DNA of 64,000 nucleotides, taken from assembly GCA_024279115.1 (NCBI GenBank), contig JAJRRW010000121.1, positions 7,614 to 71,613 on the forward strand, written 5' to 3'. The DNA comes from Alphaproteobacteria bacterium. GTDB taxonomy: Bacteria; Pseudomonadota; Alphaproteobacteria; Rhizobiales; JAKIUO01. A program made the position numbers and the translations under genes. Below the pieces are notes generated by a model, which saw nothing but the letters and a program-made list of their open reading frames with translations, was not told the DNA's origin and made no database searches. Shown here one piece after another: positions 9,880 through 19,132 of this stretch (position 1 is the stretch's first letter; every line of letters begins with the position of its first letter).

Positions 9880-10479
9880 ATGTCTTCAAAAGTTCTGTTT
9901 GTTTTGGCAGCCAGCTTGCTGGTCAGTGCCTGTGCCAGTCCGAATGGAACAAAAAGCAATCGCCTCGATTTGAGCAAAAAAGTTGTCAATTACGGCCAGA
10001 CCGTTCCCAAAGGGGGCGGGCATTACAAAGTTGGCCGGCCTTACAAGATCGCCAATAAATGGTATCGCCCGCGCATTGACACAAGTTATGATCGCGTTGG
10101 CATGGCCTCCTGGTATGGAGATTTGTTCCATGGCCGCAAAACAGCCAATGGTGAAGTGTTCGATATGGATGCCTTGACAGCCGCCCATCCAACGCTGCCC
10201 CTGCCAACGCTGGTTGAAGTGACCAATCTCGCCAACCAGCGCTCCTTGATTGTACGTGTCAATGATCGCGGCCCCTATCGACACAACCGACTGATTGATC
10301 TGTCTCGCAAAGCCGCCACCATTCTTGGCTTCAAGAACAATGGTACCGCGCGGGTGCGTGTGAAATATATCGGCAAAGCTCCCATGAACGGGGATGATCG
10401 GTTCGAAAAACGAATTCTGGCCAACAAGATGCGTTACGGGCGGCGCGCGACGATCGGCCAGTACAATGAAACGATTTAA
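9880..10479 (+). CDS. rlpA: Septal ring lytic transglycosylase RlpA-family lipoprotein
   Basis: Lipoprotein signal with lipobox LVSAC. DPBB domain ASWYGDLFHGRKTANGEVFD...AHPTLPLPT...V.VTNL...VRVNDRGP. The ORF track start at 9832 is probably too long. Confidence 0.85.
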   Translation: MSSKVLFVLAASLLVSACASPNGTKSNRLDLSKKVVNYGQTVPKGGGHYKVGRPYKIANKWYRPRIDTSYDRVGMASWYGDLFHGRKTANGEVFDMDALTAAHPTLPLPTLVEVTNLANQRSLIVRVNDRGPYRHNRLIDLSRKAATILGFKNNGTARVRVKYIGKAPMNGDDRFEKRILANKMRYGRRATIGQYNETI

Positions 10480-10707
10480 CATTCCCGGGTGCAGCGCTCG
10501 AATTATCAAACCACTTCGAGCCGCAAATTTGATCCCTTTGGCAACGATCATTAGCTCGAGAATGACAGTCTGGGTCTTTGGGTCGCCAATCTTAATTCGT
10601 CCACAGTTGATTTATCCCATAATATGGCGCAATAGTTGACCTTGGATGGATCATTGACAATAGTTATCTATCTACAAAAAACACCTGTTTCTGGACATAA
10701 TGTGCAC

Positions 10708-11892
10708 ATGACCCCCCCCAAATCGGCCCTCGCACTTTTCGCGGTGATCACATTTTCAGTATTCCTGAACCTGTTTTTCAATTCTCCAACTCACGCCAAG
10801 CCGCTTTTCACGAGCAAAGCAATGTTTGCCGTATTGATTGACGCAGACACCGGATCGGTCCTGTACGCAAAAAACGCTGATCAGCTGATGGCCCCCGCCA
10901 GCATGAGCAAGCTCATGACCACAGTTTTATTGTTCAAGGAGCTGAAAAGCGGACGATTGAAACTGGACGATACTTACAAGGTTTCTGAACATGCCTGGCG
11001 TACCGGGGGCGGCCCCTCGGGCACCGCTGCTATGTTTGCCCCGCTGGGCAAAAACATTCTGATCTCTGATTTATTGAAGGGCATTGTCATCCAGTCCGGC
11101 AATGATGCCTGCATTATTACGGCTGAAGGAATAGCTGGCAGTGAAGCTGCTTTTGCCTCCTTGATGACCCAAGAAGCACGAAGGATCGGACTGAAACAGG
11201 CGATCTTTGCCAATTCGACAGGTCTCCCGCATCCCAAACAGCTCATGACTGCACGAGAATTGGCGCTGCTATCCTTGCATCTCATCCGGCAATATCCTGA
11301 ATATTACCATTATTTCTCACAAAAGAAGTTCAAATACCGCAAGTTTCGGTTTTTCAACAGGAACCCGCTGGTTTTCAAATATGGTGCAGACGGGCTGAAA
11401 ACAGGTTTCACCAAGGATAGCGGATATGGCTTGACTGTTTCGGCCGTAAAAAACGGGCGCCGACTTGTTGCGGTGCTGAACGGGTTGAAAACAAAAAAGT
11501 CCCGCCGTACTGAAGCCGAAAAACTGCTCGAATGGGGATTTAATAGCTTTAAGCAGTATAAACTTTTCGCCCCTGATGCGGTGGTTGGCTACGCCCGGGT
11601 GATCGGTGGTTCAAGCAGCTATGTGTCTCTTGTCGGTGAACCTCACAAAGGGGCCAATGCGCTTTTACCGCGCCATATGGCATCCAAAAAAATCCCCGCC
11701 AAGATCATCTACCAGGGCCCCTTGCAAGCGCCGATTAAAACCGGTCAACAAGTGGCATTTTTAGAGGTCAAGGGACGAGGCTCTGTAGTCAACAAGATCC
11801 CTCTTTACGCCGCGGAAGATATTAACCGCGCCGGTATCATATGGCGCGGTGTCGATACGCTATTGTTTCAGACATTTGGTTGGCTTTTTTAA
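10708..11892 (+). CDS. D-alanyl-D-alanine carboxypeptidase (PBP5/6 class, peptidase S11)
   Basis: Signal peptide followed by SMSK (SxxK), SGND (SxN) and KTGFT (KTG) active-site motifs. ATG 10708 is preferred over the upstream TTG at 10636. Confidence 0.88.
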   Translation: MTPPKSALALFAVITFSVFLNLFFNSPTHAKPLFTSKAMFAVLIDADTGSVLYAKNADQLMAPASMSKLMTTVLLFKELKSGRLKLDDTYKVSEHAWRTGGGPSGTAAMFAPLGKNILISDLLKGIVIQSGNDACIITAEGIAGSEAAFASLMTQEARRIGLKQAIFANSTGLPHPKQLMTARELALLSLHLIRQYPEYYHYFSQKKFKYRKFRFFNRNPLVFKYGADGLKTGFTKDSGYGLTVSAVKNGRRLVAVLNGLKTKKSRRTEAEKLLEWGFNSFKQYKLFAPDAVVGYARVIGGSSSYVSLVGEPHKGANALLPRHMASKKIPAKIIYQGPLQAPIKTGQQVAFLEVKGRGSVVNKIPLYAAEDINRAGIIWRGVDTLLFQTFGWLF

Positions 11893-11893
11893 C

Positions 11894-12550
11894 ATGACCA
11901 TTGGCAAATTCATCACATTTGAGGGCGGCGAGGGCGCCGGCAAGTCCACACAGGTACGCTTGCTATCAAGCTCGCTGCAACGATTGGGCAAAAAAGTCGT
12001 GATGACCAGAGAGCCTGGCGGCTCGCTGAAGGCTGAATCCATTCGCAAACTTCTGCTGGAGGGACGGGTTGCCAAATTTGGACCGTTCGCCGAAGCGCTG
12101 TTGTTTTCCATCGCCAGAGACGATCATCTGGAAAGTGTCATCAGGCCAACCCTTAAAAAGGGCAACTGGGTCATTTGTGATCGATTTATGGATTCCACCA
12201 TGGCCTATCAGGGAGCTGGCGGCAATCTGCCCGTGTCCTTGATCCGTGCGCTGGAGCGCACCGTGGTTGGCGATACCATCCCAGACCTCACCATCCTCAT
12301 TGATCTGCCACCGGAAATAGGACTTGGCCGCGCACAGGCCCGGCAAAAGCAAACGACCGGCGGCGATGCGGATCGTTTTGAATCCATGGATATGAAATTT
12401 CACACCCGTTTGCGTCAGGCATTTTTGGATATTGCCCGCAAAGATCCCGAGCGCTGCGTGGTTTTTGACGGCCAGGTGCCCCCCGACGAGCTGGCCAAAC
12501 GAATTTGGGAACTTGTTTCGCAGCGCTATGCCCTTATCCCCCAAGGTTAG
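11894..12550 (+). CDS. tmk: dTMP (thymidylate) kinase
   Basis: P-loop FITFEGGEGAGKST and TREPGG motifs. ATG 11894 follows the upstream stop almost directly. Confidence 0.9.
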   Translation: MTIGKFITFEGGEGAGKSTQVRLLSSSLQRLGKKVVMTREPGGSLKAESIRKLLLEGRVAKFGPFAEALLFSIARDDHLESVIRPTLKKGNWVICDRFMDSTMAYQGAGGNLPVSLIRALERTVVGDTIPDLTILIDLPPEIGLGRAQARQKQTTGGDADRFESMDMKFHTRLRQAFLDIARKDPERCVVFDGQVPPDELAKRIWELVSQRYALIPQG

Positions 12551-12648
12551 TCACCAAGCGCGGCCATAGTGCGAAGCTGGTGACTATGGTCAAGGTGGCA
12601 ATATACTATATAATCCAACAATCAGACCTCCAATAAAGGGCCATTCAT

Positions 12649-13758
12649 GTGTCTGTTGATCTCGACAAAGAAAATCCTGACCAGCTCATAGGCGCGCCGC
12701 ATCCTCGACAGAGCACCAGCCTGTTTGGTCATCAAGAGGCTGAGTTTGATTTTCGTCAGGCAATGCAGGCAGGCAAGCTCCATCATGCCTGGCTGATCCA
12801 GGGCCGGGCCGGCATCGGCAAGGCAACCCTGGCATACCGATTTGCTCAAATGATACTTGCTCGCGAAAGCCCCAATATCCTGGATAACTCGCCGGGTCAA
12901 GCGCTCGATTATTCGACCACCGGTGCCCAGCTGATACAGTCCAACGCTCATCCCAACCTTCTGGTGCTGCGCCGTAGCTGGAACAGTAAAACCAAAAAAT
13001 TCAGAACCACCATATCAGTTGACGATGTGCGCGAACTGCAACGCTTTTTGGGCAATACGGCTGGTATGGGAAAATGGCGCGTGGTGATCATTGACCGCGC
13101 CGATGATCTCAACATGAATGCCGCCAATGCCTTGCTGAAAATGCTCGAGGAACCACCCGCTTTTTGCCTGTTTCTGCTGGTTTCATCGGAACAGGGCAAG
13201 CTCCCTACAACGATTATATCGCGGTGCCAGAAATTGCGGTTGCAAGGACTTGATACACCGACATTACAAGCCTGTGTGAGCCATATCGCAGAGCAATCGC
13301 AGATCACATTGCCCACCGGCGAGCAGCTATCGGTGATATTCGAGCTGGCCGAGGGCAGCCCCCGCGCGGCCCTCGAATTTACCAGTGGCCGCACCCTTGA
13401 AGATTATCACGAGATCCGCAAGATACTTGATCTGTTGCCCCGCATGGATCCCCAGGCGATCAGCGCGCTGGCGGAGCGATTATCCGCGCGGGCTGGCGAG
13501 CAGGACTATCATAATTTTCTGCACCTGCTGTCGTCTCAAATAGCGCACAGGATCCGGCAGGGCGTCCTTACGGGCAGCGGCGACAAACACAAGCTTGCAC
13601 AATGGACACAGCTATGGGAAACAATCACTTTGAAAAAAAACGAAACAGATCTGCTAAATCAGGATCGCGGCAATTTCATTCTCGATCTTTTTGCAACGAT
13701 TGAAGAGACCGCCCGCTGCAATGGCGGCCTGCCAATTGCTCCATCCGACAAACTCTAA
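12649..13758 (+). CDS. holB: DNA polymerase III subunit delta prime
   Basis: AAA+ clamp-loader pattern ([35 protein letters not shown]). Position tmk-holB-metG is typical. Confidence 0.85.
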   Translation: MSVDLDKENPDQLIGAPHPRQSTSLFGHQEAEFDFRQAMQAGKLHHAWLIQGRAGIGKATLAYRFAQMILARESPNILDNSPGQALDYSTTGAQLIQSNAHPNLLVLRRSWNSKTKKFRTTISVDDVRELQRFLGNTAGMGKWRVVIIDRADDLNMNAANALLKMLEEPPAFCLFLLVSSEQGKLPTTIISRCQKLRLQGLDTPTLQACVSHIAEQSQITLPTGEQLSVIFELAEGSPRAALEFTSGRTLEDYHEIRKILDLLPRMDPQAISALAERLSARAGEQDYHNFLHLLSSQIAHRIRQGVLTGSGDKHKLAQWTQLWETITLKKNETDLLNQDRGNFILDLFATIEETARCNGGLPIAPSDKL

Positions 13759-13805
13759 GGGGTACTGGCGCGCATGACCGGCCCAACAAGGATAAATGTA
13801 CTGAT

Positions 13806-15355
13806 ATGAGCGAGAACAGCTTCTATGTCACAACGCCCATTTTCTACCCCAACGGGGTGCCTCATATTGGCCACGCCTATACGGCCATCGCGACTGATGT
13901 GCTGGCGCGGTATGCGCGCCTGGATGGCAAAGACGTGTTGTTCGTGACTGGCACGGACGAGCATGGTCAAAAAATGCAGCGCACCGCTGAGGGCGAGGGC
14001 ATATCGCCCATCGAACTGGCAGATAAAAACGCGGCGGTTTTTCGTCATATGGTGGAAGCGCTGAATTGCTCCAATGATGATTTCATCCGCACCACCGAGG
14101 AACGTCACCGTAAAACCTGCCAGGAATTGTGGACCCGCATGCAGGCCAATGGCGATATTTATCTTGATACCTATGGCGGTTGGTATTCGGTGCGTCAGGA
14201 AGCCTATTTTGAAGAAGCAGAGACGGAACTTGGCGACGATGGGGTGCGCCGGGAGCCTCTGGGATCTCCTGTCGAATGGCTGGAGGAGGAAAGCTATTTT
14301 TTCAAGCTGTCCGCCTATGAAGAGCCGCTTTTAAAACATTATAGCGATCACCCCGACTTTATTGGCCCCGATGCGCGGCGCAATGAAGTCACCAGTTTTG
14401 TGAAATCCGGGCTGCGAGATCTTTCCATCTCACGGACCACCTTTGACTGGGGAATACCGGTGCCCGGCGATGATGGCCATGTCATGTATGTGTGGATTGA
14501 TGCCCTCACCAATTATGTCACCGCAACGGGATGGCCCGACACGCACGATCGCAACCACTTCTGGCCGGCAAACCTGCACATGATCGGCAAGGATATTGTG
14601 CGTTTCCATGCCGTCTACTGGCCCGCTTTCTTGATGTCAGCAGACTTGCCGTTACCCGGACGGGTTTTCGCCCATGGTTTCTTGACCAACAAAGGGGAGA
14701 AGATGTCCAAATCGGTGGGCAATGTGGTCGACCCCTTTGCCATGATCGAGCAATACGGCCTTGACCAGATGCGTTATTTTTTCATGCGCGAAGTCCCGTT
14801 TGGCAAGGATGGCAGCTACTCGCACGAGGCCATCGTCAATCGTATCAATGCCGACCTTGCCAATGATCTTGGTAATCTGGCGCAGCGTTCCTTGTCGATG
14901 ATCGCCAAGAACTGTGACGGCCGCATCCCCGAACCAGGGGAGCTTTTGCAACAAGATCTCGATATCATAGCGCAAGGTGATGCGATCTACGCCAAAACAA
15001 GCGCTGCCATGGACCAGCAGGCCATCAACAAGGCACTGGATGCAATTTTTGACGTGGTTGCCAATGCCAATAAATATTTCGCAGGACAAGAACCCTGGGC
15101 CCGCAAAAGGATGACCCCGCCCGTATGGGGACCATTTTGTATGTGACCGCAGAAGTCATTCGCAACGTGTCCATTTTGTGCCAGATGATCATGCCGCACT
15201 CCGCGCAAAAACTGCTTGATCTGCTGGCTGTGCCGCAAAATAAACGCGATTTTTCTTCGCTTGGAGACGTCGCTCGCTTGTCGCCTGGCACTTCGCTCCC
15301 CAAACCCGAAGGGGTGTTTCCGCGCTATATCGAACCGGAGGGAGACGGCTCATGA
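13806..15355 (+). pseudogene. metG: Methionine--tRNA ligase, interrupted as sequenced by a 1-nt frameshift at the A4 run 15105-15108
   Basis: ORF 13806-15146 has the class I HIGH motif (PHIGHAY) and KMSKS. The conserved C-terminal continuation [18 protein letters not shown]...VFPRYIE is in the -1 frame, which is open from 15074 to the stop at 15355. One extra A restores a single ORF. Confidence 0.9.
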
Positions 15356-16161
15356 TGCTAGTAGATACCCATTGTCATCTCGATTTCCCAAAACTTGGCG
15401 ATCAGCTTGCCGAGGTGCTGGCCCGTGCCGAGCAGGCCAATATCAAGCAGATGGTGACGATCTGCACGAAAGTGCGCGAGTTCGACAAAATCGTCAAAAT
15501 TGCAGAAAATCACGACAATATTTTCTGCTCGGTGGGCACTCATCCTCACTATGCGCAGGATGAACATGATATCAGTGTCGAAGAAATTATCGCCCTTTCA
15601 CACCATCCAAAGGTCGTGGCGATTGGCGAGGCGGGACTGGACTATCACTATGACAACAGCCCGCGTGAGCAACAAAAAGCGGTGTTTCGGCGCCATATCG
15701 ACGTGGCGCGCCAGACCGGTCTGCCTCTGGTCATCCATACCCGAGACGCAGATGACGATACCGTCTCTATATTAAAAGAGGAAATGGCCATTGGCACCTT
15801 TCCCGCCCTTATTCATTGTTTTACGGCCTCAAAGCGCCTTGCCGAAGAAGTGCTGGAACTGGGGCTTTATATCTCCATGTCGGGTGTTTTGACCTTCAAA
15901 AACTCACTGGAGCTGCAAGACATCGCCAAAACGCTACCACTGGATCGGTTGTTTGTGGAAACAGACGCCCCCTTTCTTGCCCCCATGCCCCACCGTGGCA
16001 AGACCAACGAACCAGCCTTTACGGTCCATACGGCGCAAAAACTGGCGGATTTACAAGAACGCTCTTTGGCAGAGGTGGCGCACGCCACGACGCAAAACTT
16101 CTATCGACTGTTCGCCAAAGTCCCCAAACTTGCCGATCGCGCTGGAAACAATTGTACATGA
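15352..16161 (+). CDS. tatD: TatD-family metal-dependent hydrolase/DNase
   Basis: DTHCHLDF N-terminus, GEAGLDYHY, IHTRDA and ETDAPFLAP motifs. The start overlaps the metG stop (ATGA). Confidence 0.88.
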   Translation: MMLVDTHCHLDFPKLGDQLAEVLARAEQANIKQMVTICTKVREFDKIVKIAENHDNIFCSVGTHPHYAQDEHDISVEEIIALSHHPKVVAIGEAGLDYHYDNSPREQQKAVFRRHIDVARQTGLPLVIHTRDADDDTVSILKEEMAIGTFPALIHCFTASKRLAEEVLELGLYISMSGVLTFKNSLELQDIAKTLPLDRLFVETDAPFLAPMPHRGKTNEPAFTVHTAQKLADLQERSLAEVAHATTQNFYRLFAKVPKLADRAGNNCT

Positions 16162-16958
16162 GTATGCGCGTCACTATATTGGGTTGCGGAGCCTCTGGCG
16201 GCGTCCCGCGTATTGGCGGCCACTGGGGGAATTGCGACCCGAACAATCCTAAAAACACCCGTCGTCGCTGCTCTATTCTCGTGCAAAAAACCTCCCGTCA
16301 TGGCACCACAACAGTATTGGTCGATACCTCTCCAGACCTTCGCATGCAATTGCTGGATGCTGGCATTGCGCAGGTTGATGGTGTCATCTACACCCATGAG
16401 CACGCCGACCATACCCATGGCATTGATGATTTGCGCCAGGTCGCCTTTAACACCAAAAAACGAACCGATGTCTATATGAGTGCACGGGTGCTGGAGCATC
16501 TTGTGCCCAAATTTTCCTATTGCTTCAAATGCCCCCCCGACAGCTTTTATCCGCCCATTCTCAACCCGTGCGAGATCAAACCCTACACGCCGTTTACCAT
16601 TGATGGTGCAGGGGGCGGCATTGATATTTTGCCCATGAACCAGCATCATGGGTCGATTTTGTCTCTGGGCTTTCGGTTTGGAAATTTTACCTACTCAACG
16701 GACGTACACGCATTTCCAGAGGAAACCGCACGACTGCTGCAGGGTACCAAAATATGGATCATCGATGCTCTGCGTTTCAAGGGACACAAAACTCATTTTG
16801 ATGTGGATACGGCCCTGTCGTGGATCGAACGTATCCAGCCAGAGCGGGCATTTCTAACCAATATGCATCATGATCTGGACTATGACGATCTGAAATCCAA
16901 ACTTCCAGAGCATGTCGAGCCATCATTTGACGGCCTCCAGTTTGATATCAACGCCTGA
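16158..16958 (+). CDS. MBL-fold metallo-hydrolase (PhnP-like)
   Basis: Starts MSMRVTILGCGASGGVPR and has the HxHxDH motif (THEHADHTHG). Its ATG overlaps the tatD stop. The 114-aa N-terminal extension in the ORF track overlaps tatD out of frame and is an artefact. Confidence 0.8.
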   Translation: MSMRVTILGCGASGGVPRIGGHWGNCDPNNPKNTRRRCSILVQKTSRHGTTTVLVDTSPDLRMQLLDAGIAQVDGVIYTHEHADHTHGIDDLRQVAFNTKKRTDVYMSARVLEHLVPKFSYCFKCPPDSFYPPILNPCEIKPYTPFTIDGAGGGIDILPMNQHHGSILSLGFRFGNFTYSTDVHAFPEETARLLQGTKIWIIDALRFKGHKTHFDVDTALSWIERIQPERAFLTNMHHDLDYDDLKSKLPEHVEPSFDGLQFDINA

Positions 16959-17664
16959 ACTTTTCGATCTGCCCGTTTTTCACATATGCGGGCGCGCACA
17001 TCTGCACAAATAAAGGCGCCAGTTCGCGCGGCTCTGCCAATGTCTGCGGATCTTCTCCAGGAAACGCCTTCATCCGCATGGTCGTGCGAATAATACCAGG
17101 GTCCAGCAGATTGGCCCGCACATTGGTTGCGTTGTTTTCTTGCGCATAGGTACGGACCAGAGCTTCAAGGCCCGCCTTGGAGGTGGAATAGGGGCCCCAA
17201 TAGGCCTGATTGTGAGCAGCCGCACCAGAGGTCACAAAAACCGCCCGACCAGCTTTTGATCGCTGTAACAAGGGGTCAAAAATCCGCAACAACCGCCAGT
17301 TGGCCGTGAGATTAAGATCGATCACCTTGCTCCAGTCCTTGGGGCTGACGTGACCTACCGGGGACAAGGGACCAAGAATGGCGGCATTGCCAACCAGAAT
17401 ATCGAGGCGGTCAAAATGTTTGAAAATTTCAGCGCCCAGATCATCAATGCGATCAAGTTCGAGGAGATCGAACGGCACCAGCGTCACTTCGCCGCCAGCA
17501 TCCAGTATTTTTTCTTCCAGCGCCTCCAGCCCACCGGTGGTGCGCGCCAGAGCCACAACATGAGCACCAGCTTTGGCAAGCGCCAGGGCAGCCGCTTCGC
17601 CAATACCTCTGGAGGCTCCCGTCACCAGAGCGACGCGGTTCGACAAGGAGGAGGGGTCGTTCAT
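16948..17664 (-). CDS. SDR-family oxidoreductase
   Basis: TGASRGIG cofactor motif, NAA and YSTSK catalytic motif. Confidence 0.8.
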   Translation of the reverse strand: MNDPSSLSNRVALVTGASRGIGEAAALALAKAGAHVVALARTTGGLEALEEKILDAGGEVTLVPFDLLELDRIDDLGAEIFKHFDRLDILVGNAAILGPLSPVGHVSPKDWSKVIDLNLTANWRLLRIFDPLLQRSKAGRAVFVTSGAAAHNQAYWGPYSTSKAGLEALVRTYAQENNATNVRANLLDPGIIRTTMRMKAFPGEDPQTLAEPRELAPLFVQMCAPAYVKNGQIEKFRR

Positions 17665-17738
17665 ATCATTTACTCTTTCAATTAGATTGACCTGTTATAT
17701 AAATTGCTTGCGATCAATGAAACAAAAAAGGGCACAAC

Positions 17739-17766
17739 AAAAAAGGCAGCCCGAGGGCCGCCTTTT
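17739..17766 (-). terminator. Rho-independent terminator downstream of the TAXI-like gene
   Basis: The minus strand reads GGCGGCCCTCGGGCTGCC, a GC-rich stem with one mismatch, followed by TTTTTTG. Confidence 0.6.
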
Positions 17767-17788
17767 GAGAAAACCATCTACATAAAGT

Positions 17789-18922
17789 TTACTGGTTCAT
17801 TTTTTCTTTGGCCGCTTCACCAAGATCTTTGGCCTTATCCATGGCTTTTCCACCTAGTTCTTTGGCTTTTTCTTTGGCAGTTTCCAGCATTGGTGCAGCC
17901 TTTTCTCCTAATTCACGTGCTTTTTCCTTGGCTTTTTCGAGCATGGGAGCAGCTTTCTCACGGGCTTTTTCAGAGGCCACCATCATTTTATCCACGGCAT
18001 CCGCTGACAGCGACCTGGTCTTTGACCACATTTTTTTGAAAAAGCCCTGTTTTGGCAGCAGTTTCTCGGCAGGAATGTCATTGATCGTACTGATCATGTC
18101 CTTATGATCAAGCTTTTGATCATTGTCGGTCATCAGTTGGGGATTGCCCGTGAAGATCACCATAGGCGTGCAAGCGGTTGTCACTTTGGCGCCCTTTTTC
18201 CAGAACTTGCCATTGCTGACATCTGTTTCCTGCGCAAAATATATTTTCTGATCATCGACCGTCTGGCGTAAAATATTTCGATCAATGACCGGAATAAACA
18301 ATCCTTGTTCCTTGGCAATCAGTTTGAAACGATCATTATCGGGATCGGGAAACTGAACAAACAGGGCAACTGATTTATTGTCACCTGCCAGCGCCTTCTT
18401 CAAGGCTATATCGGTGCTTTCAGCATGCGTTACATCCAGCGCGCGCCCCAGACCATCTGGATCAATTTGCCGAAGATAATCAAATGTCGAGGCACTGCCG
18501 CTGCCCCGTGGCGGCAAGATAAATTTCAATTCACCCGCACGAGCCGCCACATCACCAAAACTCAACAGTTCTTTATTTTTTGTCACCATAAACAGACATT
18601 CACGCGCTATATCGTTGCGAATGACGTGATATGGCTGAGCGGGGTGCTGCTGGGAAACGTTCAAGGCAAAGACATCAAACTGGGCAAAGCCTACATCAGC
18701 AGGGTTTTTGAGAACCTGGTTGATATTTTCATTTGAACCTTGCGAAAGCGTACATTTAAAATTGAATTTCGCTGTGGCAAGCTCTTTGGCCAAGGGTGGA
18801 CAAAAATCGCCATTATAAGCGCCACGCGCGCCACCAGTATGAATTTTACTAGCCTGGGCGACACCTGTTATCGCCAGCGCTAGTCCTGCCGTAGCAAGAA
18901 AGGTTATCGTCGATCTAGACAC
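17789..18922 (-). CDS. TAXI-family (TRAP-associated) periplasmic solute-binding protein homolog with a repeat-rich C-terminal tail
   Basis: Sec signal (ALAITGVAQA|S). TAXI-like blocks include HTGGARGAY, SQGSNENINQVLKNPADVGFAQFDV and LPPRGSGSASTFDYL. The last ~65 aa are Lys/Glu/Ala-rich repeats. No TRAP membrane component is adjacent. Confidence 0.65.
   Translation of the reverse strand: MSRSTITFLATAGLALAITGVAQASKIHTGGARGAYNGDFCPPLAKELATAKFNFKCTLSQGSNENINQVLKNPADVGFAQFDVFALNVSQQHPAQPYHVIRNDIARECLFMVTKNKELLSFGDVAARAGELKFILPPRGSGSASTFDYLRQIDPDGLGRALDVTHAESTDIALKKALAGDNKSVALFVQFPDPDNDRFKLIAKEQGLFIPVIDRNILRQTVDDQKIYFAQETDVSNGKFWKKGAKVTTACTPMVIFTGNPQLMTDNDQKLDHKDMISTINDIPAEKLLPKQGFFKKMWSKTRSLSADAVDKMMVASEKAREKAAPMLEKAKEKARELGEKAAPMLETAKEKAKELGGKAMDKAKDLGEAAKEKMNQ
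17852..17959 (-). repeat. Tandem 54-nt (18-aa) coding repeat: EKAAPMLEKAKEKARELG / EKAAPMLETAKEKAKELG
   Basis: Two adjacent 18-aa units identical at 16 of 18 residues. They are followed by a shorter related unit, GKAMDKAKDLG. Confidence 0.75.
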
Positions 18923-19132
18923 AATTATTCTCCTTATGGTGCACTAAACAAAGCCTGACCTCGTTTTAGCACATGATTTCGGCTCCAGTTTCGCATCTGG
19001 AGATCGGGACGTCATGGAATGGTTATATTTGCCAAATTAGGCAGCATTATTTCCACATCGGATATAGTCTGTATAGATAGAGTCAGGCAGATCATAGACT
19101 ACATGAATATGAAAGACCATGAACAAATTGGT

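Noticed and set aside
12548-12586. 9-bp inverted repeat TAGTCACCA...TGGTGACTA overlapping the tmk stop. A second, 7-bp repeat lies after rlpA (10496-10521).
   Set aside because: Both have large loops and no following U-tract. They are too weak to call as terminators or regulatory sites without conservation data.
15099-15112. Programmed -1 ribosomal frameshifting or transcriptional slippage in metG.
   Set aside because: CGCAAAAGG is not a canonical X-XXY-YYZ slippery heptamer. The A run has only 4 nt, too short for efficient polymerase slippage, and I saw no obvious downstream stimulatory structure. A simple 1-nt deletion or undercall is more parsimonious.
15816-16157. N-terminal extensions in the ORF track that overlap upstream genes: the MBL hydrolase from 15816, pncC from 60162, rpsF up to 28632, and fabF, acpP, gmk, yicC and the DD-carboxypeptidase.
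   Set aside because: The extensions use rare upstream TTG/GTG codons, overlap the preceding gene out of frame and have no counterpart in the protein families. Internal ATG starts with Shine-Dalgarno-like sequences or ATGA overlaps fit better.
17988-17996. DnaA-box-like TTATCCACG.
   Set aside because: It is a single copy inside the TAXI-like coding sequence, with no cluster or AT-rich unwinding element, so it is not an origin.
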